Virus record (IMG/VR): IMGVR_UViG_3300044682_000046
Span: 1 to 55,730 of that record
DNA: 55,730 bases
Origin: a virus
Taxonomy: Duplodnaviria; Caudoviricetes
Direction: 5' to 3' (one strand)
Shown: positions 8,883 through 17,891 of the stretch, piece after piece
How the letters are laid out: the number at the start of each line of letters is the position of its first letter
How positions within the stretch are numbered: the stretch's first letter is position 1
The notes under the pieces: model-generated
What the model was told of the DNA's origin: nothing
What the model saw: only the letters and a program-made list of their open reading frames with translations
The model's database searches: none
Made by a program: the position numbers and the translations under genes

Positions 8883-9578
8883 TCAGTGCGCAAAACGCAT
8901 GAGGGAAATCACCACGGTCACCACGGCGACTAGGACGCCGGATGCGCCGATAACGAAACCGACTGTTTGAGAGGCGCCCTGGGACGCGCCAGACCCTTGC
9001 CGGATCGCCCCCTTTAACTCATCAACCGTACCTTGCAAGGCCTCTATTTGCTTGCCAAACAATTCCTCGGTTTTCTTGATGCTCTCTTTGTTATTCTCTT
9101 GCTGCTTGTCGACGAGGGTCTGAGCTGCTTTGAGCGCCGCGTCAAGCGCGGTTTGCTTGTACCTGTCGCCTTCTGTGAGCCGCGTATTTAGCTCATTAAA
9201 CCGAGTGCCAACTCCAGTGAATTTTTCCTCGTAGACGGCCGAGTTTTCGCTGATTTTACCGGCAAGGATATTGACATCCGCTTGCAAGTCGGAGTGCATC
9301 AACTCCCGCAACGATTGAACGGACTTTTGAACTTCGGTGGGAACGCGAACGAGGTCTTCGTGCCAAAGCGTAGCCGCCTTATCCATCGCCACGATGCGCA
9401 CATCAATGCCGTCTATTTTGGCGGAAAACTCACCGCGCAGCGTGGCGGCCGTGCGGTCAGCAATCGATTGCATAATGGCTTGGGGGTCAGTGACCGAGCG
9501 AAGAGCGATAACCAGCTTGCGGCCTATATCGATCGGCGCCAAAAGGTCGTCGTTGTTTTCTTCAGGCGTCGTCGCCAT
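8883..9578 (-). CDS. coiled-coil protein with C-terminal TM anchor
   Basis: GGAGG RBS; heptad-rich body; C-terminal VGFVIGASGVLVAVVTVVISL. Confidence 0.75.
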   Translation of the reverse strand: MATTPEENNDDLLAPIDIGRKLVIALRSVTDPQAIMQSIADRTAATLRGEFSAKIDGIDVRIVAMDKAATLWHEDLVRVPTEVQKSVQSLRELMHSDLQADVNILAGKISENSAVYEEKFTGVGTRFNELNTRLTEGDRYKQTALDAALKAAQTLVDKQQENNKESIKKTEELFGKQIEALQGTVDELKGAIRQGSGASQGASQTVGFVIGASGVLVAVVTVVISLMRFAH

Positions 9579-9756
9579 CGCCTTCCTCTCCTGTATGATG
9601 ATCGCTCGGATCGTTTCGCCGCCACTCCGCGCGCGGGAACTGCCTGAAAAAAGCCGCGCGCCTCTTCGGCCGTTGCCGACGCTCGCGCATGCGGTGGCCG
9701 GCGACGAGCACAGCGCAGATAGCGACGATGACCAGGCAGAGGAGGCCGAGCGACAT
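9562..9756 (-). CDS. small TM protein with basic tail
   Basis: MSLGLLCLVIVAICAVLVAGH then Arg-rich; TGATG coupling. Confidence 0.5.
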   Translation of the reverse strand: MSLGLLCLVIVAICAVLVAGHRMRERRQRPKRRAAFFRQFPRAEWRRNDPSDHHTGEEGDGDDA

Positions 9757-9857
9757 CAATGGCCGGCGAGGTACCCGACCGCGCCCGCTAGCAGCGTGAC
9801 GCCCGCCAGGACCGCGATGATGAACCAGATGTTCCAGGGATAGTTTGGCGCGACCAT
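9756..9857 (-). CDS. small TM peptide (33 aa)
   Basis: Manual translation MVAPNYPWNIWFIIAVLAGVTLLAGAVGYLAGH; GGAG upstream. Confidence 0.5.
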   Translation of the reverse strand: MVAPNYPWNIWFIIAVLAGVTLLAGAVGYLAGH

Positions 9858-9859
9858 TC

Positions 9860-10255
9860 TTATGCTCCCAGCTTGGCCTTGATCGCCGCGACGGTCGCAA
9901 CGTCCGGGCATCGTGTGCGGTCCAGGCCCTGCTTGACCTGGAACGCCAGGACAGCCGCAACAGTGTCCGTCCCGATGCTCCCGTCCACATTGAGCACAGG
10001 CGACGCCCCGAGGGTGTTGAGCGCGGTCTGGATGCCTTTGATCGTCGTCAGGTCGGGAACGCCGTTAGACGCCGCTCCTGTGGCGCTCGCGACCAGGCTC
10101 GCGACATTGATCCCATTCGCAAGCAGGACCGCATTGACCTTGTCGAACAGGCCGCCGCCGTCGATGGCGTCGATTTGCTCAAAGAGCGAAAACGCCTTTT
10201 CCGCCTCGGGCAGCAAAGCCCAAGCCGCTTTCAGGGTGCTGAGAAAGTTGGACAT
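9860..10255 (-). CDS. peptidoglycan-binding domain protein
   Basis: IQTALNTLG...L.VDG.IG.DT.AAV.AFQ...GL (PG_binding_1 pattern). Confidence 0.8.
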   Translation of the reverse strand: MSNFLSTLKAAWALLPEAEKAFSLFEQIDAIDGGGLFDKVNAVLLANGINVASLVASATGAASNGVPDLTTIKGIQTALNTLGASPVLNVDGSIGTDTVAAVLAFQVKQGLDRTRCPDVATVAAIKAKLGA

Positions 10256-10271
10256 CAGAGAAGCCCTCTTC

Positions 10272-10529
10272 CTATGTCAACGGCAACATATAATTGACGC
10301 CGAGCCGACCGCCAACAACGCCAGCGCATTCCGCCAGTCTCCACAGGAGGATCAGGATGAAGATGGCGACAACGCCGCCGATGACGATCTGGATTATATT
10401 CCAGTAGGGGGCTCCAGTGATCCCGGTGAACACGCCGGGGAGCGCGGCCCTGATAAGGGCAAAGATGACCAGGATCACGATAATGAATATCGCGACCTGG
10501 AAGATTGTACCGATTCCGAATCCGCACAT
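10272..10529 (-). CDS. two-TM small membrane protein
   Basis: AGGAG RBS; two long hydrophobic helices. Confidence 0.7.
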   Translation of the reverse strand: MCGFGIGTIFQVAIFIIVILVIFALIRAALPGVFTGITGAPYWNIIQIVIGGVVAIFILILLWRLAECAGVVGGRLGVNYMLPLT

Positions 10530-10542
10530 GTTGCTTCTCCTT

Positions 10543-10680
10543 CTATTTTGGCTTTCCCTTTGATTTGTCCTCAAAGAGATCGCCCACCGCACCGATGAAA
10601 GCGACACAAATCGCGAGGAAGACAAGCCATCCCGCCGCGACGACGTTCTCTACTGGCACGCCAGGATCAGTCGGAATCAT
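10543..10680 (-). CDS. small TM protein (45 aa)
   Basis: Manual translation MIPTDPGVPVENVVAAGWLVFLAICVAFIGAVG...; TAATG coupling. Confidence 0.5.
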   Translation of the reverse strand: MIPTDPGVPVENVVAAGWLVFLAICVAFIGAVGDLFEDKSKGKPK

Positions 10681-10802
10681 TACGGGAGAGCCGGTATCGA
10701 GATCGTCGGGGAAAAGTCGAATACGACCGTGCTCCCTGTGATCGTCATACAGCCGCTAAGCAGGATCGCCGCGAGAGCGAGCAGCACGGCGCGGAGCTTC
10801 AC
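10680..10802 (-). CDS. small lipoprotein (40 aa)
   Basis: GTG start overlapping upstream TGA; MKLRAVLLALAAILLSGC lipobox. Confidence 0.6.
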   Translation of the reverse strand: MKLRAVLLALAAILLSGCMTITGSTVVFDFSPTISIPALP

Positions 10803-10969
10803 AGCCGCCCCACCAGCATCAATATGACGACCACGATCAGGACGGCGCCAAGGATGCCGATCGCGCCGTTGCCGAAGCCGTAGCCGTGACCCCAATAGGG
10901 AATCACGCTGCCGCCGCCTAACCCTCCGCAGAGGAGCAAAACGACGATGATAAGCAGGATCAGGCCCAT
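10799..10969 (-). CDS. DUF3309-family small membrane protein (56 aa)
   Basis: MGLILLIIVVLLLCGG...PYWGHGYGFGNG.IGILG.VLIVVVILMLVGRL; AAGGA RBS. Confidence 0.8.
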   Translation of the reverse strand: MGLILLIIVVLLLCGGLGGGSVIPYWGHGYGFGNGAIGILGAVLIVVVILMLVGRL

Positions 10970-11122
10970 GGGTTTTTCCTTGCGTTCTTTGCGGTGAGGG
11001 TGTAGAAGACAACGATCCTGGGCAGCCTAGAGTGACATTGCGCGGGGTTGGGAAGCTGGCCCAATGAAAAACCCGGAGGGAAATGGCACATCCTCCGGCA
11101 ACTGTGCACTTGAGTTAGCCCA

Positions 11123-11350
11123 ATGGTTTATGATAATGATTCTGCCGTCGTCTCCAACGAGGCGGCTGGCGTGCCCGAGACAGAGATTGAAATCACGCCC
11201 GAGATGATCGAGGCGGGGGTTGAGGCTTTGGCAATTTTTGGGGACAATCTGACATTTCGTGACCTTGGGCGCGGGGACTCTGAATGGCTTGTCATGAGGG
11301 TGGCGAGAGCTGTTCTTTCTGCAAAGAAAGTTTGTATTCCTGCATCCTAG
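11123..11350 (+). CDS. hypothetical protein
   Basis: EIEITPEMIEAG motif; opposite strand to flanking late genes. Confidence 0.6.
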   Translation: MVYDNDSAVVSNEAAGVPETEIEITPEMIEAGVEALAIFGDNLTFRDLGRGDSEWLVMRVARAVLSAKKVCIPAS

Positions 11351-11392
11351 CATGGAGATTCCTTTTTAGGGGAGCAGCCTATTGCATTGGTT

Positions 11393-11524
11393 GGCAGGAA
11401 CGCCTATGATCCCCTAGGGAATTTGAGGCGTTCCTGCCTCCTCGGCCAGACATGCTTGCAACGGCCGGCCGAACCCCAAACTGCCCGTCCGGAGAGTTCG
11501 CAGCTCTCCGGCGGGTATTTTGTT
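11393..11524 (+). ncRNA. candidate structured small RNA ending in an intrinsic terminator
   Basis: 13-bp perfect stem GGCAGGAACGCCT/AGGCGTTCCTGCC (11393-11438); second stem CCGGAGAG/CTCTCCGG followed by T-run. Confidence 0.4.
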
Positions 11525-11670
11525 TGAGGCCTCCGCGCTTCGCAAAACATCGAGGTTGTCGCCGAAATAGAGCTTGTTCACAACGCAACCGGCAGCGCGC
11601 CACCGGCCTCCCCACGCACGCGAAGGAGCGACGATAACATTATGTTAACTCCTCTAGGAAGGTCAGCCAT

Positions 11671-11934
11671 TTAAGCGCTTTCCTTCACTCCAAGCCACTC
11701 CCATATGCTCTTTGAGGCATAACCGTTATAATCCGCAATCCTCACGATTATAGTGCCCGCAATTTTCTTTTCGGCCAACTCCAGCTTATTGGCCACCTCC
11801 TCTGCTGTAACTCCGGAATCTGCCACCAAATATACATTTGGCGCGATCTTAAACTTGTTTGCACTGTAAACGCTATCTATTTTGGCCACCAGATCGGCAT
11901 TCTCGGAATTGCTAATGACTGAGAAAATAACCAT
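11671..11934 (-). CDS. small AT-rich protein, possibly ferredoxin-like (Cas2/VapD-like) fold
   Basis: 87 aa with alternating strand/helix pattern ending YNGYASKSIWEWL; fold is a guess. Confidence 0.55.
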   Translation of the reverse strand: MVIFSVISNSENADLVAKIDSVYSANKFKIAPNVYLVADSGVTAEEVANKLELAEKKIAGTIIVRIADYNGYASKSIWEWLGVKESA

Positions 11935-12016
11935 AGGGCACTCTGGGAGCAAAACGGGCAGGCGACCAAATAGCCGAAATTCGTTGGTAAATCCGGCCCG
12001 CGCAATGTCCTTACGG

Positions 12017-12397
12017 TTAGTGCCAGCCTTCGCCAAGCCGCTCCCAGTGCAGCTTGATCCGCTCGAGCACGCGCTGCTCGGCCGGGGCCTCCGCGGTAAT
12101 ATGCACGTTGGAGAGCAATCCGGAGCCTTGAAGCTGGATTGCGAGTTGGATGATCGCCAGCGCGACGGTCGCGTTGTTGAAGACCGTTCCGCCGGCGGTC
12201 GAGGCGCACGCGGACATGATCCCGTTGAGCGCGAGCGTCTGATTGGCGTTGAGCTTGACGTTCGAGGTTTGGAGCGTGGCGGCGTCGGAGCATATTGACG
12301 CCGTAACCGCAGTTGAGGACGTGTTGCAGCCGTCGAGCGCAAGCGCGCCGAGACCGAGAGCGCTGGCGAGCGCGACTTTAAGAGTAAGTTTTTTCAT
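12017..12397 (-). CDS. lipoprotein
   Basis: MKKLTLKVALASALGLGALALDGC lipobox-like. Confidence 0.75.
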   Translation of the reverse strand: MKKLTLKVALASALGLGALALDGCNTSSTAVTASICSDAATLQTSNVKLNANQTLALNGIMSACASTAGGTVFNNATVALAIIQLAIQLQGSGLLSNVHITAEAPAEQRVLERIKLHWERLGEGWH

Positions 12398-12414
12398 CGG
12401 GGTTTTGTGCCCTA

Positions 12415-12828
12415 TTAAGCGCCGAGGGCATGGCGGCCGCCTTCGATGACAGACAAAGGCTTGACGGGTTCTCGGAGAGAAAACGGCGTCATCGCGCCGG
12501 CTTTCACAAGGGCGTTGGAGGCGTTCATCTTTGCAACGCGCCCGTTGATCCAGGCGCGGAACTCATCGTCCGATCCGCGGCGCTTGAGCACGTTGACCTG
12601 ATAGTCAATCCAGGGCTGATAGGGGTTAGGCCCCCCAACGCTTCTTTTGACTATTGGCCGGGCGGCGACATCCGGGTCCACGCCCGTCACGTCATACAGA
12701 GTGGCCCAAGTACCAGCCTTGGGCCGACTTCTGGCCCGGTTATATTCGACGCGCGCGTGAACGCCATAACGAAGTTCAAAGAACAGACGAATTGGCATTT
12801 GCGCTTCGGCGTATGTCGGCAGGCTCAT
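12415..12828 (-). CDS. hypothetical protein
   Basis: GGAG RBS; in operon orientation. Confidence 0.65.
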   Translation of the reverse strand: MSLPTYAEAQMPIRLFFELRYGVHARVEYNRARSRPKAGTWATLYDVTGVDPDVAARPIVKRSVGGPNPYQPWIDYQVNVLKRRGSDDEFRAWINGRVAKMNASNALVKAGAMTPFSLREPVKPLSVIEGGRHALGA

Positions 12829-12840
12829 TTCAAATCTCCA

Positions 12841-12951
12841 TCAGTTGCAGTTCTGCGGATAGAAGCTCAACGGGCACACCTGGACCCCTCCAGCGCATCC
12901 GCCAAGGGCAACCAAGAGACCGACAATGACGAGAAGCCTGAGAGTGCTCAT
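12841..12951 (-). CDS. small lipoprotein (36 aa)
   Basis: Manual translation MSTLRLLVIVGLLVALGGCAGGVQVCPLSFYPQNCN; TAATG coupling. Confidence 0.6.
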   Translation of the reverse strand: MSTLRLLVIVGLLVALGGCAGGVQVCPLSFYPQNCN

Positions 12952-13958
12952 TACGTCAATCCACGTCGAAAGCGCCAGAGGCCGACGAAGCCGAGAGCCA
13001 TCATGGCATATGTAGATACTTCAGGGACCGCCGCCGTCGAATCGGCCGTTTCGAGATCGGCCATCCCGCTCGTAGTCAACTCGAACGAATAGCTGATCGC
13101 GCTGTCATCGTAGTACGTCAGCGTATGGCCGGTTTGGTTGACCAAGACCGGGAACGCGAGGGCGTTGAATACAACAGTTGTTCCCGGTGCCTGCCATACG
13201 CCTTGCGGCCCATCGAGGAAAGGATCATTCCCGCACGGCAAGGCCCCGCAGGTATTTGTGGCCATGGTCGAGCCGTACTGGAACGGATACTGCGGCCCGA
13301 ACTGTGCCTCGCTGCCAACCGTCCATACGCTATCCTGGTTATAGGAGGCGTCTGCGTAGGTGGGAAAACCCGCATTATCGCCGTTGGGGTCCTGAGAGAA
13401 AGCCTCCGTGTCCAGCGTAGTGATCGGATATTTTTTGTAGGGGTAATTGATCGACCCCAGGGGTTCATAGGTGATCGCCACCAAGGCCTGTACCCAGAGG
13501 ATTCCCTCATTGACATAACCCGATGAGGGCGGCGATGCGCCGTTCAGCGTCCCGTAGACGATTGCGCCCCCCGCACTTGAGCTAGCCGACAGTTCAACTT
13601 GGAGCGACCCGAAACTCGCTCCCTCTGGAAGCGTGGAGCCTCCGTCCGTGAAGGTCCAGGTCGTCTTGGATTCCACCGCCTCCCAGTTCTGCATGGCATT
13701 GAGGCCCGTTGCCGTACCTCCATTGATCGTCGTCCCGACGGGACTTTCGGTCGAAAGATCATACCAGACCGTATCCTTGCACGACGTATAAGCGGTATTA
13801 TGGCGCAGACGCCACAAGCGGGCGAGTGCCGGCAAACCCACATTTCCGGCCGGGGTCAATAAGTGACTGGGGCCGCGCGGCGCGCGCTTCCTTCGGCTTT
13901 GCCATTTCGAAGATTGCGGCATAAGCTATCTGCGACGCCAGAGAAGCGCGCCCTTGCA

Positions 13959-15466
13959 ATGAAACGACTCGACCTCCTTCGTCAGATTACGTTCGGCGCG
14001 CAAGTGGCCGAGGAGGAGGCGACCTCCTTAGCTAGCTATTTCGTCGAAACGAATGACTGGGCTAGAGTCAATCGCGGCGAAATAGACATTGTTCGCGGTG
14101 ACAAAGGTTCTGGCAAGAGCGCGATTTATTCCCTGTTGCTGGAGAAGGCGGGCGATTTCTTTGACAACCGGGTTATATTAATTCCCGCAGAGAATCCGCG
14201 CGGTGCTACTGTTTTCAAAGACCTATCGGCAGACCCTCCGACAACGGAAACAGAATTCATTACTCTATGGAAATTGTACATACTCGCGCTGGTCGCACGT
14301 GAATTGAGGGAATACGCCGTGGTTAGTCCTGAGCTAGCGGCAGTGTTTCGAGCGCTAGAGGAAGCACGACTTTTAGAGAGAGAATTTAGTCCCGCTGGAC
14401 TACTTCGGCGCGTCCACGATTATGCTCGGCGCATTGTGCATGCGGAAGCGGTGGAGTGGAGGGCGGGTTAGAGTTAGATCCAATAACAGGAATGCCCTCG
14501 GGGATCATTGGACGAATAGTACTGAAAGAACCAACTATTGCACTACGCGACGCAGGTTTAGTTACGATAGACAGGCTACTGTCGCTGTTAGACAGCGGCG
14601 TGAAACATAATGGCTGGACTGTTTGGATTCTATTTGACCGTCTTGATATTGCCTTTGCCGATAACCATTCGCTTGAGGCCAACGCCCTTCGGGCATTAAT
14701 ACGGACATATTTGGATTTTAAGGCATACGATAATATTGCGCTGAAAATATTTCTCAGAGAGGATATATGGACTCGCATAGTGGAGGGTGGATTCAGAGAG
14801 TATAGCCACATTGTTAGATACATAGTCTTATCATGGAATGAGGACTCACTACTCAATCTGTTAATGCGGCGCTTACTGAGCAATGACGCTTTGGTCAACG
14901 AATTTAATATCAGTGCCCCTGAGGTACTAGCAGACTATAAGCGGCAGGAAAGATTGTTTTATCAATTTTTCCCTGAGCAAGTTGAGCAGGGGCCACAAAA
15001 GGCGAAAACATTCAAATGGCTTATTACCCGGTGCGCCGATGGTACGCAAAAGACGGCGCCAAGAGAGCTAATTCACCTTGCCAACTCAATCCGAGATTGC
15101 GAAATAAAGCGACTAGAAGTCGGAGGTACCGCCGCCGACGCGCTTCAGTTATTTGATAGATCGGTATTTAAACTAGCCCTTCCAATTGTCTCACAAACAA
15201 GACTAACATCATACTTATACGCCGAATACCCGAATGCGAGACAATTTATAGCAAGCTTGGAAGGGCAAAAAACGGAGCAGACGCCAGAGAGCTTGAGTGC
15301 TCTTTGGACTCTATCACGACCAGACGCTCTGGTCAAAGCGAGGGAACTAACTGCGCTAGGGCTATTTGAAGAACACGGGCCACGGGATCAGCCGACATTT
15401 TGGGTTCCATTTCTTTATCGCGAGGCGCTAAGCTTAGTCCAAGGGCGCGCTGAGCCTGACGGGTAG
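13959..15466 (+). pseudogene. P-loop ATPase (Sll1717/FunZ-like), frameshifted
   Basis: Walker A GDKGSGKS, Walker B VWILFDRLD; GTGGA-GTGGA duplication at 14451-14460 splits a 500-aa frame. Confidence 0.8.
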
Positions 15467-15467
15467 A

Positions 15468-15707
15468 CTAAATATCTTCTAGCCGCACGCCTTCCATTTC
15501 TAGTGCGGCCACACAGGCGAGAAAAAATGTGGCCGCAAACGCTCCTCGTTTCAATTTTGATGCGATCGAATCTCGCGTTTCGTTAAGCCCGTGCTCCTTA
15601 AGCCGCGTTACCAATTCCTCATAGGTCACGTCCGCCCGCTTAAGCTCCGCCTTAAGAAAGCGAGCGGCCCGTTGGCCTAGTTCCGCTTCACTGGTTGCCA
15701 GTCCCAT
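15468..15707 (-). CDS. DUF6471-like HTH protein
   Basis: LKAELKR..VTY.EL...L...G..ET..SI.SKL.RG.F.A.FF; divergent from the IS1595 transposase. Confidence 0.8.
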   Translation of the reverse strand: MGLATSEAELGQRAARFLKAELKRADVTYEELVTRLKEHGLNETRDSIASKLKRGAFAATFFLACVAALEMEGVRLEDI

Positions 15708-15739
15708 AACCGTTTCTCCCGACAAAAAAGTGTCGCGAG

Positions 15740-15778
15740 TGACAATTTAGTGCTTTACACAACGCCTGTAAAGTGTCA
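15740..15778. promoter_or_regulatory. dyad operator between divergent DUF6471 and transposase genes
   Basis: CTTTACA-N7-TGTAAAG nested in TGACA...TGTCA. Confidence 0.45.
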
Positions 15779-15806
15779 TCTTCGCCCTGTTAGGGGCGAT
15801 ATCGAC

Positions 15807-16790
15807 ATGGCACAGCACTTCCTTCTCTCCCGGCCGGCCAAGAGCCTCAATCTTGCGACCGTGTTCCGCATGACGGACGCTGAGGCCGAGACGGCGTTTG
15901 CCAAGGTGCGCTGGCCTCAAACGAATGGCGCGCCGGTTTGCCCATCGTGCGGCGGCTTGAACGCCTACGATTGCCGGCGCTCGAATGGCGCTCCGCGCTT
16001 CCGTTGCCGCGCTTGCAAGGCGGACTTCTCGATTACCAGCGGAACGCTCTTTGCCTCGCACAAGCTCCCGCTCCGGGCCTATCTCGCGGCAATCGCCATC
16101 TTCTGCAACGAGGTCAAAGGCAAGTCCGCGCTCGCCCTCACACGCGACCTTGGCGTGAGCTATAAGTGCGCCTTCGTTTTGCTGCACAAGTTGCGCGAGG
16201 CGATGGCGGAGGAATTGAAGGGTCGCGTCGTCGGCGGAGAGGGCAGGATTGCGGAAGTGGACGGAGGTTACTTCGGCGGCTACGTGAAGCCTCGCAACCT
16301 CGCCGAGAACCGCGTTGATCGTCGCCTCTCGCGCAACCAGTCCGGCAAGCGCAAGGTTGTCGTCATCGTGCGCGAGCGCAATGGCAACTCAGTCCCGGCC
16401 GTGTTCCGCACGGAAGGCCAAGCCCAGTCTTGGATCAAGGCGCGCGTCGCCAAAGGAACCGTTCTCAATGCCGACGAAGCTACCTCATGGGACGGCTTGC
16501 ACGGCGCGTTCGAAATGCGCCGGATCAATCATCAAGAGGCGTACAGCCTGGACGGCGCTTGCACGAATTGGGCGGAGGAATATTTCTCCCGCCTTCGCCG
16601 CGCGGAGGCCGGCCATCATCATCATATCGCGGGCGCTTACTTGCTCCGCTACGCGCAAGAGAGTTCATGGCGCGAGGACTATCGCCGCGTCTCAAACGGC
16701 GACCAGACCTACCGCATCGCCGGATTGGCGATGCACAAGGCCGTGTCGCCGGATTTCACCGGCTACTGGCAACGGCATTTGGCCGTGTAA
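15807..16790 (+). CDS. IS1595-family DDE transposase
   Basis: MAQHFLLS, RWP..CP.CG Zn ribbon, FS.TSGTLF...KL, EVDG.Y.GG, ADE, TN.AE.YFSRL.R...G.HH, YA.E. Confidence 0.96.
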   Translation: MAQHFLLSRPAKSLNLATVFRMTDAEAETAFAKVRWPQTNGAPVCPSCGGLNAYDCRRSNGAPRFRCRACKADFSITSGTLFASHKLPLRAYLAAIAIFCNEVKGKSALALTRDLGVSYKCAFVLLHKLREAMAEELKGRVVGGEGRIAEVDGGYFGGYVKPRNLAENRVDRRLSRNQSGKRKVVVIVRERNGNSVPAVFRTEGQAQSWIKARVAKGTVLNADEATSWDGLHGAFEMRRINHQEAYSLDGACTNWAEEYFSRLRRAEAGHHHHIAGAYLLRYAQESSWREDYRRVSNGDQTYRIAGLAMHKAVSPDFTGYWQRHLAV

Positions 16791-16925
16791 GCCTCCGAAT
16801 TGACAACCCGCCCCGAATCTTCGCATGGTCGGGACGGACTCTGATTCGGTGCGGGTAACGAATCTTTAATTTGTCAAGAGGCGTAATTTCGGTTTACAAC
16901 TCCCTTTTAGCGGGATGACGTAGCC

Positions 16926-17231
16926 ATGAAAAAGCCCTCATCGACCACGCGGTTCACGAAAATTGTCGTCAAGCTTGAGAGTCGCGATGACGGTGGCCTT
17001 CGCGCTTACAGCGATGACGTGCCGGGGTTCGTGCTGTCCCATCCCAATCGTGAAGCGGTCCTAGAAGACATCGGGCCTGTTTTAGAGACAATCCTTTCTG
17101 CAATGTGGGGAGTTACCGTTGTCGCGTCTCCGCTAAGATCACTAAATCAGATCGACGATGAAGACGACGACAAGGTTACAATTCCAGACGCCCATATCTG
17201 TCCGAAGGAATACGTTGCCTACGCTTCATAA
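16926..17231 (+). CDS. HicB-like antitoxin (N-terminal domain only)
   Basis: DDGGLRAYSDDVPGF.L......AVLEDI resembles HicB partial RNase H fold. Confidence 0.55.
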   Translation: MKKPSSTTRFTKIVVKLESRDDGGLRAYSDDVPGFVLSHPNREAVLEDIGPVLETILSAMWGVTVVASPLRSLNQIDDEDDDKVTIPDAHICPKEYVAYAS

Positions 17232-17234
17232 CTC

Positions 17235-17480
17235 ATGATCGCCAATCGCCTTCTAGATAGAGCTACTTGGGAGGCGAAACTTAGGCGTCGTGGATGCGAG
17301 CCGCTGCTTGGAAAAGGTCGCCTCAATACAGGCGAGTGGTGGCATAGACCTGGAAAGACGCCCTTCCTTGTTTCTATCGAGGACGATGAAGGGCGGTGTG
17401 AATTTTGGGCTATCAAAAGATTGTGCGACGATTTTGATAAGCTGCCGCCTCCCAATCCTTTCAAACCGTCTCTAAACTAA
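17235..17480 (+). CDS. HicA-like toxin candidate
   Basis: KLRRRGCE...GKG....EWW.RPG..PFLV; adjacent to HicB-like gene; canonical GSH not seen. Confidence 0.45.
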   Translation: MIANRLLDRATWEAKLRRRGCEPLLGKGRLNTGEWWHRPGKTPFLVSIEDDEGRCEFWAIKRLCDDFDKLPPPNPFKPSLN

Positions 17481-17891
17481 CCGCCAGCGCGCCGTCTTCC
17501 GCTCGCCTTCTTTGAAGACCGCCCCGCGCTTTGCCAGATACCGCAGCGCCATGCGGACGCGCTTCGTGACGTTCGGAGCGCTGGCGCCGACGCCCGCGAT
17601 AGCGGCGACAACCTCTTGCGTCGTCAAAGCCCGCTCCGCGCGCCGTAGGGCATCCAGGATAAGGCCGGTCAACTTCTTGCCGCCGAAGAGCTTGCCGCGC
17701 CTATAGAACCGCTTGGGGCGCACTGAGGCGGGATCATAGGTAGGGTCTAAGAGCGCAATCGAGGCGTCCAGATGGACAATAGCCTCAGTGAGGTTTTCGA
17801 GCTTTCGGCGACAAGCCTCTATCTCGCCGTCAATCTCCGCGCGGCGCTCTTTGAGCGCGTTGATTGCGTATCGGTTGCTTCTCTCGTTCAT
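17472..17891 (-). CDS. coiled-coil plus winged-helix passenger protein
   Basis: ALKERRAEI.GEI...HLDA.I.L.DP; ILDALR.A...LTT; ARW.L. Confidence 0.75.
   Translation of the reverse strand: MNERSNRYAINALKERRAEIDGEIEACRRKLENLTEAIVHLDASIALLDPTYDPASVRPKRFYRRGKLFGGKKLTGLILDALRRAERALTTQEVVAAIAGVGASAPNVTKRVRMALRYLAKRGAVFKEGERKTARWRLV

Larger units (their letters stand above)
11034..12009. repeat. 976-bp cassette bounded by 13-bp perfect inverted repeats
   Basis: GACATTGCGCGGG at 11034-11046 and CCCGCGCAATGTC at 11997-12009. Confidence 0.7.

Noticed and set aside
11623-11650. dif-like site (TTATGTTAACT resembles an XerD arm)
   Set aside because: The position of the XerC arm reads AAGGAGCGACG, unlike any XerC consensus
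13785-13922. N-terminus of the 323-aa ORF 12951..13922 as given in the track
   Set aside because: It reads out of the transposon end; the true 5' part is at 18085-17951
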